DNA of 64,000 nucleotides from contig NC_068982.1 of the NCBI RefSeq assembly GCF_001194135.2, forward strand, positions 144,469,490 through 144,533,489, written 5' to 3'. Below the pieces are notes generated by a model. The model ran no database searches and was not told where the DNA came from. It was given only the letters and a program-made list of their open reading frames with translations. This document shows positions 38,069 to 51,551 of the stretch, one piece after another (the first letter of the stretch is position 1; the number at the start of each line of letters is the position of its first letter). Origin of the DNA: Octopus bimaculoides. Taxonomy: Eukaryota. The position numbers and the translations under genes were made by a program.

Positions 38069-39252
38069 ATATACACTAACACACACAAAGGCAACAGGCT
38101 GCTCCACAGTTTCCTTCTACCATACTCCACTTACAACAAAATGGTCAACTTAAAGCCATTGTAGAAGACATTTGCCTAAGGTTCCATGGTTCTGGGTTTG
38201 ATTCCACTACACAGAAACTTCTTTAACATGAACGGGAATTTAGAAGACAAAAACGAAACTACAAACAGCTGTCGTATATGCATATCTGTAAGTGAGTGTG
38301 TGTACTTTTATGCATACACTGGTCTTAAAACTAGGGTTGTTTATGTTGCATTCCTTTGTGTCCTATAACTTGGCAGTCCAACAAATAGATTTCAATAAAA
38401 CAGTTGCTTGACTGATATAACTACTGAAATTGATATGATAAAATAAACCCTTGAAATTGGTTCCCAACATGACCAGAGACTAATGATTAAGAGAGGTTAA
38501 AAAATAAAAACAATTTATTTTCACTATCAAGATACTCACTTCATTAAATATGTTAATACTAACTTAACAATTGTTTGCCACACATCTGAGTAATTAACCC
38601 CTCAATCGTCGGGCAATATGCTATGCTTGAGAAGACCTGTTGAGTCAAGTGAAATCATTGATGTGGCTGATGCTAGTACCGCCTGACTGGCACCTGTGCT
38701 GGTGGCATGTAAAAAGCACCTTTCTTTTCTACTCTAGGCACCCACCGAAATTTTGGGATGATAGCATATGAAAAATTCAAAGTCTTGAAATTTTTAAACT
38801 TTCTCAAGCGACCCCATTTTCACAATACTTCAGCATCCCTTCATGGCCCCCTAAAATCACTTCACAGTCACCTAGGGGACCACAGACCCCAGTTTGAGAA
38901 CCACTGAAGTAGATGAAGTCCATGCTCCCTTGAGGAGGTCTAATAACAATGAAGCATATCCAAAGTTATCTTCTGTAACTACCAAAATGTCATTAAGTCA
39001 AATGTCATCTTTTCCTCACAGCATAATTTTGATTAGATTTTTTTTATGCTTACTATATGCTAACAGAAATTGTATTGTTTTCAACATATTTCCACATCTG
39101 AGTAAATTACTTTCCATTAGTTTTTTTGTTTTTTGTTTTTTTCCAATTTATCTTTAGAAGCAAACTACAATGTTAGAATACTTTGTATTACAAATTATTT
39201 TAGTTTCAACACAATATAGAATAGTATATTGAGCTTCTCATAAATGTCTCAC

Positions 39253-39292
39253 AGCTAAAGCAGCTTTATGTTGCTTTGCTTGGCTTTTACAG
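39253..39292 (-). CDS. Candidate 40-nt exon (xCKSQAKQHKAALA)
   Basis: catccattttctttcag|CTGTAAAAGC...GCTTTAGCT|gtgaga. Only the phase 2 to 0 frame is open. Confidence 0.55.
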
Positions 39293-42200
39293 CTGAAAGA
39301 AAATGGATGAAAATTTCCTGATGGAATGAATTTAAAAGAATGGGGTTTTTTGGGGGTTTTTTTAAAGATGAAAAATGAGGATGAGACAAGCAATGCTATT
39401 ATTATAACACATTCATATACCATAATATATATGTATATTATTTTTTTTGAAACATAGAATGTTTTGTGATACAAATCAATTTAGTCTGTGTCAGAACAGT
39501 ATATGGGATGGTACTCTTCAAATGCTTTTCTCTAAGTGTGACAACTTTACTCCAACTTCATGATAAGTTCCTCTATGTAGCATTATAGACTTACTTCCAG
39601 TCACAACACTTTTGCAACCTCTTCCTCCCTACTTTTCACCACATAACAGAGACAACTTTTCAGCAAAGAACTTCAGATCACATCATGTTCACACACACAC
39701 ACACACAATTCAGTAGCTAAAGCCTTCTCCTTCTACATTGATATGGACCGCAGAAGCCACATTACAGGCTACCTATCTGAGAGAGTAGTGACTCTAAACA
39801 TAAACTTTTCTATAGCCGAGGAGATAAGTTCTCTTAGCTTGAGACAATCTCTGGAACCAAAATATGCACCAAGTACACTGTGAAAAGTGGTTGTTCATAG
39901 GAAGTGCATCTAACCACAGAAAACATCAAAATGGAATGTATGAGCAGAACATAGGCTCTGAAAGTTGCATTTTAGGAGACCTGTCCAGGAGGACTGTAAT
40001 TCTCAACAAGAACAGCTACAGGGAATATGGAACCCTTTAGTCCTCCTCATATGAGACAATCACTCTAGTATTGGTAGCTTGATGAAATATTAAGTCCACT
40101 CTAACACATACACAGCACCAAATCCGAATAGTTTTCTTACTTGTTGTTTGTATAAGCTGGGGCAGACTATGACAATTTATATGACCTATGCCACAATGGA
40201 ATCACAAACGTTAAAAAATTATGATAATGATGATCATGATACTGGTTGTTGTTATGTCCTGTTTAGAGAAAAGAAAAAAAGCAGTCAGTAAATTCCCATA
40301 TAAATGAAAGGGTTATGTGTTTCCTTTTCTATTTCATAGTCAGGAGCTCAAATTCTTCTTGCTATAATAATAGTGTGGCATCTCTAATTACGGCTTCAGG
40401 TTTAAAGCTGACCTGGAGTAGAAAGGGCATATCATTAAAGAGGTCACAAATGGCAATAAAAGGACTTTGGCAAAAACAACTGACTGATTAACCAAATGAT
40501 TAATCACTAAATTGGTTGATTGGTTAAATAGTTAACCAACTGATGAATGATAAAGAAGTGAAATTAAACAGTGTGTGTTTATTACTGACATAATGACCCT
40601 CTTGAGATACGTCAAAATCTATTTCAACTCACAAGTTTATATCAAGAATCTTGCAAACCGATTATAAAAACAAAACCAACATTGTTCTAAATTAAACCTT
40701 CTCTCAAAATTTCATGTTAATTTATGTTCTAAACATTAGCTTGATAATGAAAATTATTTTACAAAATACTTCATTATTTTCAAAATTAATTGAAACAAAG
40801 ACTGTATATTTCAATAGAAATATGGTAACAAAAAGGTTACTGTATTGGTCTGATGAAAAAAAGTCTCGTGACTGAGTGGTTGACAAGAAACAGAATTCAA
40901 CAACAGTAACATTTTTCTAATGGCTTAGTCAGAGTAGGAAACTATGACTCATTGGTTATCCTCAGACTGGAGACCTGGTTCAGATGCTTGCAACAAAGCG
41001 AATTCCACAACAATACTCACAAAGCCAGACAGTGGTGTTAAAACCAAGCAATAAATTAGGTTTATCACCTGAGTAAAAGTAACTAGTCCATTTGACCCAA
41101 GGCTATTATAAAAGACACTTGTTTAAAGAACCACATAATGAAATCAAACCTGAGACCATGGTTATAAACTTCTAAACCAATCATGCAATAATACTGAATT
41201 TGAAATCATGTCATCTCAAAGTAAACTTCCCCACCATATGGCTATGTGTGCATCCCAACTGCCCTAAAATAAATATGTAAACAACAAAATATTTAAAACT
41301 TTAACTACAACAATGACGTCTTAAGACTAGGCAAAAAGCCAGTTCTACCAAACGAATATGCAAGAATTTCTTTGAAAAAGCAACATTAGAAAACATATGG
41401 CATGTGCAGTTGAATATTTTTACTTTGTATGAGGAACCAAGAGAATAGCAACAGAATCAAGTTAGTGGACTTCACTTAAAAATACAAAAGTGTTATGAAT
41501 ATCAGTCAATATTACAGATGAATACAGAAGTGATCAGAAAAAGAAACACTTGCAATTTTCAATTGGCTTTTATCCAAAAATAAGGATAATATGAAGAGAA
41601 TAAAACTTTAATCCAAATAACCCATTTCTATACAGAAATGACATAAATCAAACTTCATGGTAATTTTGTAAAAATATTTTCAAAGCATACAGAGAAATCA
41701 GTATAAAACAACTAAATATGAAAAATAATCCCTGATAATATCAATGTTATCATGAAGTAAAAATCTCCTCACTTAAACTTTTCTGTCTCTTGCCAGAAAC
41801 ATTTGATGCCTTTAGTTCCCAGTTGTTTTTCTTGGCTCATTTTGAGTATAACTTATCTCTTTGTAGGCTCATATTACAGTTTTAGTGACTAGTATTCATA
41901 ATCCATCTCCAGAGATTGCAAACAAACAACACCAAAAACCCAGATTTCCCTACCATACGGTGCATTACCTGTAATACATCACACTTCACTTTTTAAATAA
42001 ATAAAGACTTTCCAAATCAAACTAGTCTAGTATTCTTTAAACTTAGTACCGGTTACCTGTGAATATTCATAGCTTAAATGTGCTACTCCTAGTTAACCAT
42101 TGTTATAACCCATATTCTTTGTATATGATCTGAACATGATGCCTATTGCTAGAACAATGAATACTGAAGGTTGGTTGCATAACTGATGTTAGAAATTTGT

Positions 42201-44354
42201 ATCTCATAATACATGTATTGATAAAAAGCAGTAGTTTAATAAAAGCAGTTCATATTTCTTTATAAAGAAAAGATTAAATTAGTCTACAGATTACTATCAC
42301 ATGGTTTTGAATTCTATTAAATAATATTAGAAACAGACACCTAGAGATTATTAAATATCACTATCAATTGGTGCTACGTAAAAAGTACTGGTGATAGTGT
42401 CACATAAAAAGCAATGATAGTGCCACGTAAAAAGCACTCCTTACACTGTAAAGTGGTTGGTATTAGGAAGGGCACCCAGCTGTGAAAACCAAACCAAAAC
42501 AGACTATGGAACCTGGTGCAGGCCCTGGCCTTGCCAGCTCCTGCCAAGCTATCCAACCCATGTCAATATCGAAAATGAATATTAAATGATGATGGTGATG
42601 ATGATGAGTAGAATAATAAAATAATAAAGGTGAATATACAATGGAAAGAGAAGTACAATAGTGAGCTTCATTTTTCTAAGCTCTGAGTTCAAATGCTACT
42701 GAAGTTGAATTTATTTTTGGTTCTATAAAATTTGTTAAACCAAGTACCAGTAATATCTGTCCCTTATACTAATAGCTTAACTTTATAGTTCATATCTGCC
42801 TCATCTCATGCAATAAAAGGGGTGCCACAATCTTAAGCATATCCTTTCATATCCCTTACAAAACTTGTCAAGTGGTTCTTAAGAGTTTAGGATATCTAAT
42901 CTTATCAGGTAAGAGATATTTATTTTTAAAAGAACTGCAATGAAAGGCAAAGTGCTTTGATGGAGTGGACCTGTCCAAACCTATACCAGTTTGGAAAAAA
43001 GATGTTAAACTAACTTGAAAAATGAAAGATACATTGAATGTAAGATCAAACTTTCCAACTGAAGCCATAGTTATTTATTTAATCAATTTTTAGTTAGTCT
43101 GATCAAAAAAAGTAATGCTTTTAATGTCTTTCTAGAGACTAAGAATAAGGACAAATAGGTGAGATTAAAGCTAATACTGCAGGTTAGATGAAAAGAAAAC
43201 ATGGGCAGAGATATAGCTCACAAAATATGCAATTCTAAGAAAGTTGGTTACATCAGATTTTCTCATACAAGTGATATACCAAAATATCACTTGGGAGATC
43301 TGAGGAAGGGAGCATTAGGAAAGATGCTTAACCATTTTAATAGCAATTCACCTTGGATAGGCTATATTATAAAGTAATCAAATTAAGAAATCTCAGTCAT
43401 AATCATTATTCCACGAGATATCAATTAGTTAACACCAATATATCAATATAAATGAATAAGTCAATACTCAACATCAATATTCAAGTATAAGTCAATATAT
43501 CAATATAAGTCTAAAGCGGTCACTCAACCTACTAGAAATAACAAATAAATATCCTTCAAGAAACACTTGATAATTTTGGAAAAACCTATGCTAGCATGAA
43601 AGGTGGATGTTAAACAATGATGATGATGAGACATATTAGATAAAGTAATGCTGAACACACAAAAAAGACATGATTGTCATTGCCAGAATGTTTGAACAAG
43701 GCTGACAGAGGGATAATTAACAGCAACAACCTGTAAATCACATAGACATAACCAGCAAAAAAATCCTCACTTAACCTGCTAGAAATATCAACCAAATATT
43801 TCTCCTCTTAAAAGAAGGACTCATTGCATAATGTAGATCTTGATGCACTACATCTGAAAATAACATGGTATTATTATGGTTGAAATGCTTTAGGTCATAG
43901 CTTTGATGTGGAATGAAACAACAACCTGTAATATGCTGGGGTTGATGCAATCCCAAGCTGGTAGTTGAAACTTCATGTTGTTAAACACAAATAGAAAGAG
44001 AGGAAGATAAGAAGACAGAAAGAAAGTCATAAGACGTAAGAAACTGAAAAAGAAGAGAAACAAACACGAAAAGAGAGGAAGTAACATATTTAATTCCTTA
44101 TTTATATCTTTGCTGTTTTAATTAATTTAATTATTTAATTACATTTGTAGAATTCACTAAAAATAGGTATCAAATTACAACTTTGGAATTCATCAGCACT
44201 GAAATTATTTCATAGCTCCTCAACAGTTCCATATGCCGCCAGGGACATTGAAATATTTCTGCACTGCTTTTATTTATTTATTAATAAATTAGAAATGTCT
44301 CCAAAGACCTAACGAAGGCAACAGTGACATGAGCTTAGCCTTAGAGATAAATCA

Positions 44355-44501
44355 TTCCTTTAGATTTGGTGCCTACATGGTTCCAGGTTCAATTCCACTA
44401 CATGGCACCTTGAACAAGTGTCTTCTACTATAGTTCTGAGTTGACCAAAGTCTTGTGAGTGGATCTGGTAAACAGAAACTGGAAGAAGCCCATTGTATAT
44501 A

Positions 44502-44549
<48 letters not shown>

Positions 44550-44755
44550 CACATGCATCTTTGTATTTGTTGCCACGAACACTTGACAACTGGTGTTGGT
44601 TTGTTTACATCACCAAAACATAATGGTTCAGAAAAAGATACTGATAGTATAAGTACCAGACTTAAAAAAAAAACTGGGGTCAATTTGTTCAACTAAAAGT
44701 CTTCAGGACAGTGTCCCAGCATAGCCACAGTCCAATGACTGAAACAAGTTAAAGG
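44355..44755 (+). mobile_element. SINE family A, near full length
   Basis: CATGGTTCCAGGTTCAATTCCACTACATGGCACCTTGAACAAGTGTC... (GT)n ...AATGACTGAAACAAG. Confidence 0.8.
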
Positions 44756-44837
44756 AAAATATATCTGGCAACCAGGCAAACTGAAGTAGCCACAGAATGA
44801 AATGTACTGCCAAGAAACAAAACAAAAAAATGCTTAC

Positions 44838-44883
44838 AGTGGATTTGGAGGAGTTCGACACCTTTTCAGTTTACAAGGTTTGA
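44838..44883 (-). CDS. Candidate 46-nt exon (xKPCKLKRCRTPPNP)
   Basis: aaattcaatcag|TCAAACCTTG...CCAAATCCACT|gtaagc, with a long pyrimidine tract ~20 nt upstream. Only the phase 1 to 2 frame is open; it joins 39253-39292 in frame. Confidence 0.5.
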
Positions 44884-45354
44884 CTGATTGAATTTTCCAT
44901 ATTTTGAGAGAGATAAAAAAAAGTATTGAGAAAAAGTAGAGATTAATATCTACAAGAGGAAGGGTTGGCAGGTTTATAATGTAAGTGAAACCAAGTACTT
45001 TGTGTGGTACTTAATAATGCCACCAAGTTAAAACACCAACATTTGGAGAAGTTAGCATAGGAGCTTGACCAGTTAGAAACAGCAGCCAATTCACTACCCC
45101 ACTGTCTTCACTACGTCAAAAATAAAAAAGACAGGATGGATACAATTGGAATACCTTTGGTCATAGGTTGGCTCAAACAAGGGCTGGCCTGACCCTAAAC
45201 AACTACTACCACTAATTGGTCCTAGGGTACTTGTTGGTTGTGTTCCTTCTTCTGCAAAACATTGAAACTTGGCTCACATAACCATGTTCTCTTCTGCCCA
45301 TGTCTTTCCTGCAGACACTGTTCTACAGATATTCAGGCTGGATATCAACCATAC

Positions 45355-45410
45355 TAATGAGGAAAGAGCCTGCAAAGGTCATAAACACTGGCTCTCCTCC
45401 CTTGACAAAT
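45355..45410 (-). CDS. Candidate 56-nt exon (xFVKGGEPVFMTFAGSFLI)
   Basis: cactttctttttatag|ATTTGTCAAG...CCTCATTA|gtatgg, phase 2 to 1. The segment may instead be repeat-derived. Confidence 0.3.
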
Positions 45411-45703
45411 CTATAAAAAGAAAGTGTGACTAAGTACTAATGCTAATAATAGTATTGATTTTTAAATTTGACAGAAGGTGACACATTTTGGAGAGGAGCA
45501 TAGACAATTGAACTGACCTAAATAATTCAATGGTACTTATTTTTTTCCATAGTGCAATGATGAAAGACATCAACCTTAGCAAAATTCATTGGAGGCTTAC
45601 AGCTCATGAATACAGCCAGTGTAATATTTGGAGATAGAAATAGATGATTTGGTTTAATCAAGCTAGCATATATATATATATATATATAATGTAAATTAAT
45701 TTA

Positions 45704-46028
45704 GATAAGGCCGGTTTATGGTATTACCCTGGGTTTCATGTCCTTAAAGTGCTTAAACCTTTCGTTACTGTATTTATTTTGAGATGCTCTGTGTTTCTTT
45801 CAATTACTTTAAATATAACAAAGAATTTAGTAAAATAACTTAGTTATCATTAAGCTAGTGTTAGGAACATAAATTGTGACTAAGGTTTGATGGAAGATTT
45901 TAATTCAAAACTTATGAAAACAAGACATTTGTACTCAGAGCCAGAGCTGGTTTCAGCCAGGTTGGTAACGAAAGGGTTAAGGCCTCTCTAGTGAGGCAAC
46001 CCAGGGTATTCCCATAAACAGGCCTTAT
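45704..46028. mobile_element. TA-flanked MITE (34-bp TIR) containing a nested TTAA-flanked MITE (45757-45976)
   Basis: Outer: TA-GATAAGGCCGGTTTATGGTATTACCCTGGGTTTC versus its reverse complement at 45996-46028, 30/34 identical. Inner: TTAA-ACCTTTCGTTAC ... GTAACGAAAGGG-TTAA. Confidence 0.85.
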
Positions 46029-46839
46029 CTAACTTTATTTATACTATATACTGCTCTATAACTTAGAGTGTGCTTCGTTTTTGGATTTATATCTTACTGA
46101 TGATATGCAGGTAAATTTCCAAATTAAGTTAGTAGGGATATATAATCCAAGTGGGTACTGTATTCACTTTTACTAATTAATAATGTTGGTTAACTGCCGT
46201 GAGTAGAGTAAAACTCCAGTTAGTTTATTTTACTATCCTCAGTAGATTTTCACATCGGTAAATCCATATGTCTTTATAGAGACTGAATGTTGTCAGTAGA
46301 GAAGAATGGAATCTGAAATGCAGTTAATAGCACCCTGAAGAAGTGGCAATTAACACCAAAATGCACAGCAAGATGCAAAATTTTGCAGTGTACACCGAGT
46401 TGCAGCAGAAACATATGTAGGTGCAGAAATGGAAAGACATGATTGACAGCAGAATAAAACTGAATGAACCAAATTCGATGACTGGCACCCGTGCCAGTGG
46501 AGCACTAACAGCTCCATCCGAGTGGGATCACTGCCAGAGCAGCTATCTGGCTTCCGTGCCAGTGGTACGTAAAAAGCACCATTTGAGCGTGATCATTACC
46601 AGCGTCGCCTTACTGGCACCTCCGACTCTGACTCCTCTTTATGTAAGTAATTAAGTGATTGTGGTCTACATATCTCATAAAGCATATGCATAAGCTTGTA
46701 CTTTGAGTAGGTCTATTTGTTATAACTGGTTTATATTAAAGAATAAAGATATTGTGAATGGCAGTCAGAGTCAATATAGTTTTACCGACTCTGACTCCAG
46801 CTACCACTTAATAGTTTCCGACTCCGACTTCACAGCCCT

Positions 46840-47215
46840 GATTTTATCAACCCTGAAAGGATGAAAGGCAAAGTCGACCTCAGCAGACTTTAAACTCAGA
46901 ACACGAAGATGGACGAATACCGCTAAGCATTTTGCCCAGGCATGCTAACATTTCTGCCAGCTCACCACCTTAATAATAATAATAACAACAACAACAAAGG
47001 TTTCAAATTTTTGACACATGGGCAGCTATTTTGGGGGAGAGGATGAGTCAATTACATCGACCCCAGTGTTCAATTGGTACTCAATTTATCAACCCCGAAA
47101 GGATGAAAGGTAAAGTGTACCTCAGTGGAATTTGAACTCAGAACATAGCAGCAGATGAAATACTGCTAAGCATTTTATTAGGTGTGCTAATGATTCTGCC
47201 AGCTTGCTACCTTAA
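46840..47215 (-). mobile_element. Two head-to-tail SINE family B copies
   Basis: TTTATCAACCC(T/C)GAAAGGATGAAAGG...GAACTCAGAAC...CTAAGCATTTT...CTGCCAGCT occurs twice, separated by an (AAT/AAC)n tail. Confidence 0.85.
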
Positions 47216-47264
47216 TAATAATGATAACAATAATACATTTAATAATTAAATATATATATATATA

Positions 47265-47296
47265 CTAGCAGAAATACCCGGCGTTGCCCGGGTTAA
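47265..47296 (-). mobile_element. Helitron-type 3' terminus; remainder lost in assembly gap
   Basis: Minus strand TTAACCCGGGCAACGCCGGGTATTTCTGCTAG|T: GC-rich hairpin just upstream of a terminal CTAG, inserted in (TA)n. Confidence 0.75.
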
Positions 47297-48534
47297 NNNN
47301 NNNNNNNNNNNNNNNNNNNNNNNNNNNNNNNNNNNNNNNNNNNNNNNNNNNNNNNNNNNNNNNNNNNNNNNNNNNNNNNNNNNNNNNNNNNNNNNNTGGT
47401 TGGTAAGCAAGCTACTTACCACACAGCCACTCCTACGCCTATTAATTACAAAAGATTTTCATGAAGACATTTATTACATACATATATAAAAGCAAAATAG
47501 ATATGTGGATAAGGTATTGAACTACTAAATCTTGGGTCACAAGTTCAAATATAAGCATTTATTTTGTCTTTGATCATAATATTCACTTTTTGTTTTTCAT
47601 GTCTTAGTTTACCTAACTCAACGGCCCCAGTCTACTTAGCAGCAAGTAGTTAAACCCTGATGTGTAGAATTGCTTTTTGTCTCATTATAAGTATACTAAA
47701 AGAATGAAAAAGTGATATTATGTTGCACTTATTTGGGAGGAAAACACCCTTATCAGTTTAACTAGAGAAGAGTTAAAAACTAAAACAAACATCAAGTTTG
47801 TCATTCCTCAACATCTCAGGACACCACAAAAAGGATAAAAGCTTATAGAATTTCTCGCAAGTTTATAAAGTACTTGAAATAAGTGAATGTTTATCAGGAT
47901 TACAAGGCACATTCTAATAAGTCTGTGAAGAGCTTATGATTCTAGGGTCAACAAAATATCTTTCCTATTTCTGTGTAAAACAGTCACCATCTTTAGCAAG
48001 GTCAAGTTGCAAACCAGTAACAAGAGCCATGAATCAGCAATAAAGAAAGAAGTTTCCAGATAACAAATTAGTCTCAAAATACTGAAACAGATGAACTTAA
48101 GCTAAGAGAAAGTAGAGAAAGAAGATTTGTTACGTTTGGACAGTATTATTACAAGGAAGTGCTAAGTATTTCACTGATGTATTTAAAAATGATATTAAGT
48201 GATACAGAAGTACTACAAATGGTGACTTGAAAGAATTTATAAATATATCCCTCTCATAACATAGAATGCTGTTTTTTATTGTATATGTAAAAGAAAATTA
48301 CAAATTAGAATATGTAAATAACCCTTATACAGCCCAACCATGAGATTTCTCTTCTGGCTAGTAGAATCATTAGCAAAGGTCAACTTTGCCATTCATCCTT
48401 TCAGAGTGGATAAAATAAGCACCAGTCAAGCACTGCTGTTGATGTAATTGACTTAACCCCTCCTCCGAAATTGCTGGCCTTGTGCCAAAATTTGAAACTA
48501 ATATTCTAAAACTGAATTTCTTATTTGTTGGTAT

Positions 48535-48785
48535 TAAACCTTTTGATATCAGCCCATCTGTGACTGCACCTGTTCCAATACAAAATGCATTTACTTAAAA
48601 TAGCTAAAACAAAATCTTCAGCCTTAATTTTATCAGAGAACCTTCTTTTAAGTTTTAAGTTCCCAACATGTGTTTGATAACGAAAAAGTTATTTTATCAA
48701 ATCTCTGTAAAATGATTATATTTAAGATTAACTGAAATACAGGAAATATATTTCAATAGAAATATGACCACAAAGATGTCAAAGT
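48535..48785. mobile_element. Degenerate TTAA-type MITE
   Basis: TTAAACCTTTTGATATC start and ...TTTCAATAGAAATATGACCAC end, homologous to 34086-34400. Confidence 0.6.
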
Positions 48786-50144
48786 TGAACCACCTTTAAA
48801 AGGGGTATTTTAAAGAGAAGACATTCTAACAACTTTTATAGTAGCAAAAAACCAAGTACATAAGTAGATTTTGGAGGCACATTTAAGCATGCAAAATGCA
48901 GTCAATGAACTTTCTATATCAAAATCCAAAAGTAAAAAAATACTAAAATTTAGAATTATGTAGAAGCCTTCAGATCATAAGGAAATGGACTTGTAATTGT
49001 GCTGATCAAACTCTCTCCTTCTATTGAGTATAGCTTAATAAAGACACTCCAATTCCAAAAAAGAATTAAAACTGAATGACAATATATTTACAAACTGCTT
49101 ACCATTTTCTATTTAACAAGACCAATTGTTGAAGCAGAAGGGAGGAATAAATTGTTTCAAGCACAGAGTTATTACTTAACCTTCATACTGCTCAACCATG
49201 GGATTTCCCAACTGCCTAAACTCTAACTACAAAAACTAAAACTGGACTAAAATGATGCAGTTCTAGGATGAACTATTGAAATAGGTTTTATTATACTATG
49301 ATGAACAAAATGTCTTCCAGTAATATAGTTGTATACCCTCACATTCTAAGTTCAAATCCCAGAAGTTGATTTTTGCCTTTCATCTTGCCAAAGTCAATAA
49401 AATATATGCCAGTTGAGTCATGGTGTCATTCTAATTGACTCTACCTATCCTCTAAATTTGAGCCAATTTTAATATTCTTTAACTATTCGAGTTCAACTTT
49501 ACCATTCATCCTTTCGAGGCCAATAAAATAAGTACCAGTTGAGCACTGAGGTTGGTGTAATCTACTTTACCCCTTCCTCAAAACTGCTGGCCTTGTGCCA
49601 AAATTTGAAACCAATATTCTTTAATTATCTAATCTGTCATGTTTCCTGCAGCAAATATTTCAATAACATGACATGGACTGGATGGCTTGACTGGAGCTGA
49701 CAAGGTCAGGGGCTGAACCAGATTCCATAGTCTGTTTTGGCTCGTTTTCTACAGCTGAATGCCCTTCCTAATGCCAACCACTTTACAGAGTGTACAGGGT
49801 GCTTTTACAAAACACCATCACCAGTGCTTTTTATATGGCACCAGCGCTAGTCATTTTTCCATGGCACCAGTGCCAGTGCTTTTTACCTATGTATATTATA
49901 TATATATATATATATATNNNNNNNNNNNNNNNNNNNNNNNNNNNNNNNNNNNNNNNNNNNNNNNNNNNNNNNNNNNNNNNNNNNNNNNNNNNNNNNNNNN
50001 NNNNNNNNNNNNNNNNNNNNNNNNNNNNNNNNNNNNNNNNNNNNNNNNNNNNNNNNNNNNNNNNNNNNNNNNNNNNNNNNNNNNNNNNNNNNNNNNNNNN
50101 NNNNNNNNNNNNNNNNNNNNNNNNNNNNNNNTATATATATATAC

Positions 50145-50530
50145 TCTTTTACTTGTTTCAGTCATTTGACTGAGGCCATGCTGGAGCACCGCCATTAGTC
50201 GAGCTAATCAACTCCAGGACTTATTCTCTGTAAGCCTAGTACTTATTCTATCGGTATCTTTTGCCGAACCGCTAAGTTACGGGGACGTAAACACACCAAC
50301 ATCGGTTGTTAAGCGATGTTAGGGGGACAAACACAGACACACAAACATACATAGATATATACATATGACGGGCTTCTTTCAGTTTCCGTCTACCACATCC
50401 ACTCACAAGGCTTTGGTCGGCCCGAGGCTATAGTAGAAAACACTTGTCCAACGTGCCACGCAGTGGGACTGAACCTGGGACCATGTGGTTCGTTTGTAAG
50501 CTACTTACCACACAGCTACTCCTACGCCTA
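50145..50530 (-). mobile_element. SINE family A, young near-full-length copy
   Basis: Retains many CpGs. Full order seen in reverse: head (TAGGCGTAGGAGTAGCTGTGTGGTAAG), body, 3' GACTGAAACAAGTAAAAG. Confidence 0.9.
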
Positions 50531-51084
50531 TGAGATAAACAGAGAAAGACAGAAAACAAAGACAGAAAAGTACAATGTTGAAACTATCCAAACATGACAC
50601 CCCCACCCACTCAGTGAATTTAGACTGAAAACTGGTTTTCTAGTTTAGTGGCTACAATTTAAAGTGGTACTCATTGAAACGACAAATTGAAGTATTTAGA
50701 CTACAGAAAAATTAATTAATAACAAAATATACATATATACATAAAGAAAAGAATAACCTACTGTTACAAAGTTCAAGGAAATAGCAACATGAAATAAGGG
50801 GTGTCACTCTGCTAAATCAATAAAGCTTGTAAACTACTAAATTAGAAAAGTCAGATTCGGTGTTAGCAACCACTTGAGAGTAATTTTGTGACTTGTAAAG
50901 TGTCTATGAAAAGAGGTACTGAAGTTGTTGAAAAAAGAAAAAGAAATGAAATAAAGTGTGTCAAGTTGTATGTTGAAAGGTTACTATTCACCACAGGATC
51001 AAAAGGTAAGGCAGAGCAAAACTAAACTTGTAGCAACAAACAGCACTCGTGTCTAGTGTACTGTAAATGAATGACAGATCTTAC

Positions 51085-51121
51085 TCGATATTTCCATTGA
51101 TAATGGTGAAACGCTTCACAT
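51085..51121 (-). CDS. Candidate 37-nt exon (xVKRFTIINGNI or xCEAFHHYQWKYR)
   Basis: aactattttaag|ATGTGAAGCGTTTCACCATTATCAATGGAAATATCGA|gtaaga. Two frames are open; it keeps two CpGs in CpG-poor surroundings. Confidence 0.4.
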
Positions 51122-51419
51122 CTTAAAATAGTTTAAGACGGTACATTTTTTTTTCTTTTATTTAATGATTTTTCTTTAAAAGGAAATAATCTTCTGAAAA
51201 TGTTAATTTGTTGTAGAACAGTAATATTAAATATCAATAATTACTTGAAAAGGTGAACAATTATCATTGAGCGAAAAGGTAAACCTTCACCAAAACAAGT
51301 CTGAAATCCTAATTTAGTTTTTGGTTTAAATCAGTTCCCATATGATATCCTTGCAAAGAGCATAGGTTATGACATGATCAGTCTCTTCTTGAGTAAAATA
51401 CATTCCTTTCTCCATCTTT

Positions 51420-51512
51420 TATTCTTTTCAGTCATTTGACTGCAGTCATGCTGGAGCACCGCCTTTAGTCAAACACATCGACCCCAGGACTTATTTTTTT
51501 GTAAGCCTAGTA

Positions 51513-51551
<39 letters not shown>

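Noticed and set aside
46360-46460. ETYVG-containing frame resembling a Penelope GIY-YIG nuclease
   Set aside because: Too short and degenerate to support.
50430-50530. tRNA-like A/B-box sequences in SINE heads
   Set aside because: Part of multi-copy SINEs; no complete cloverleaf supported.
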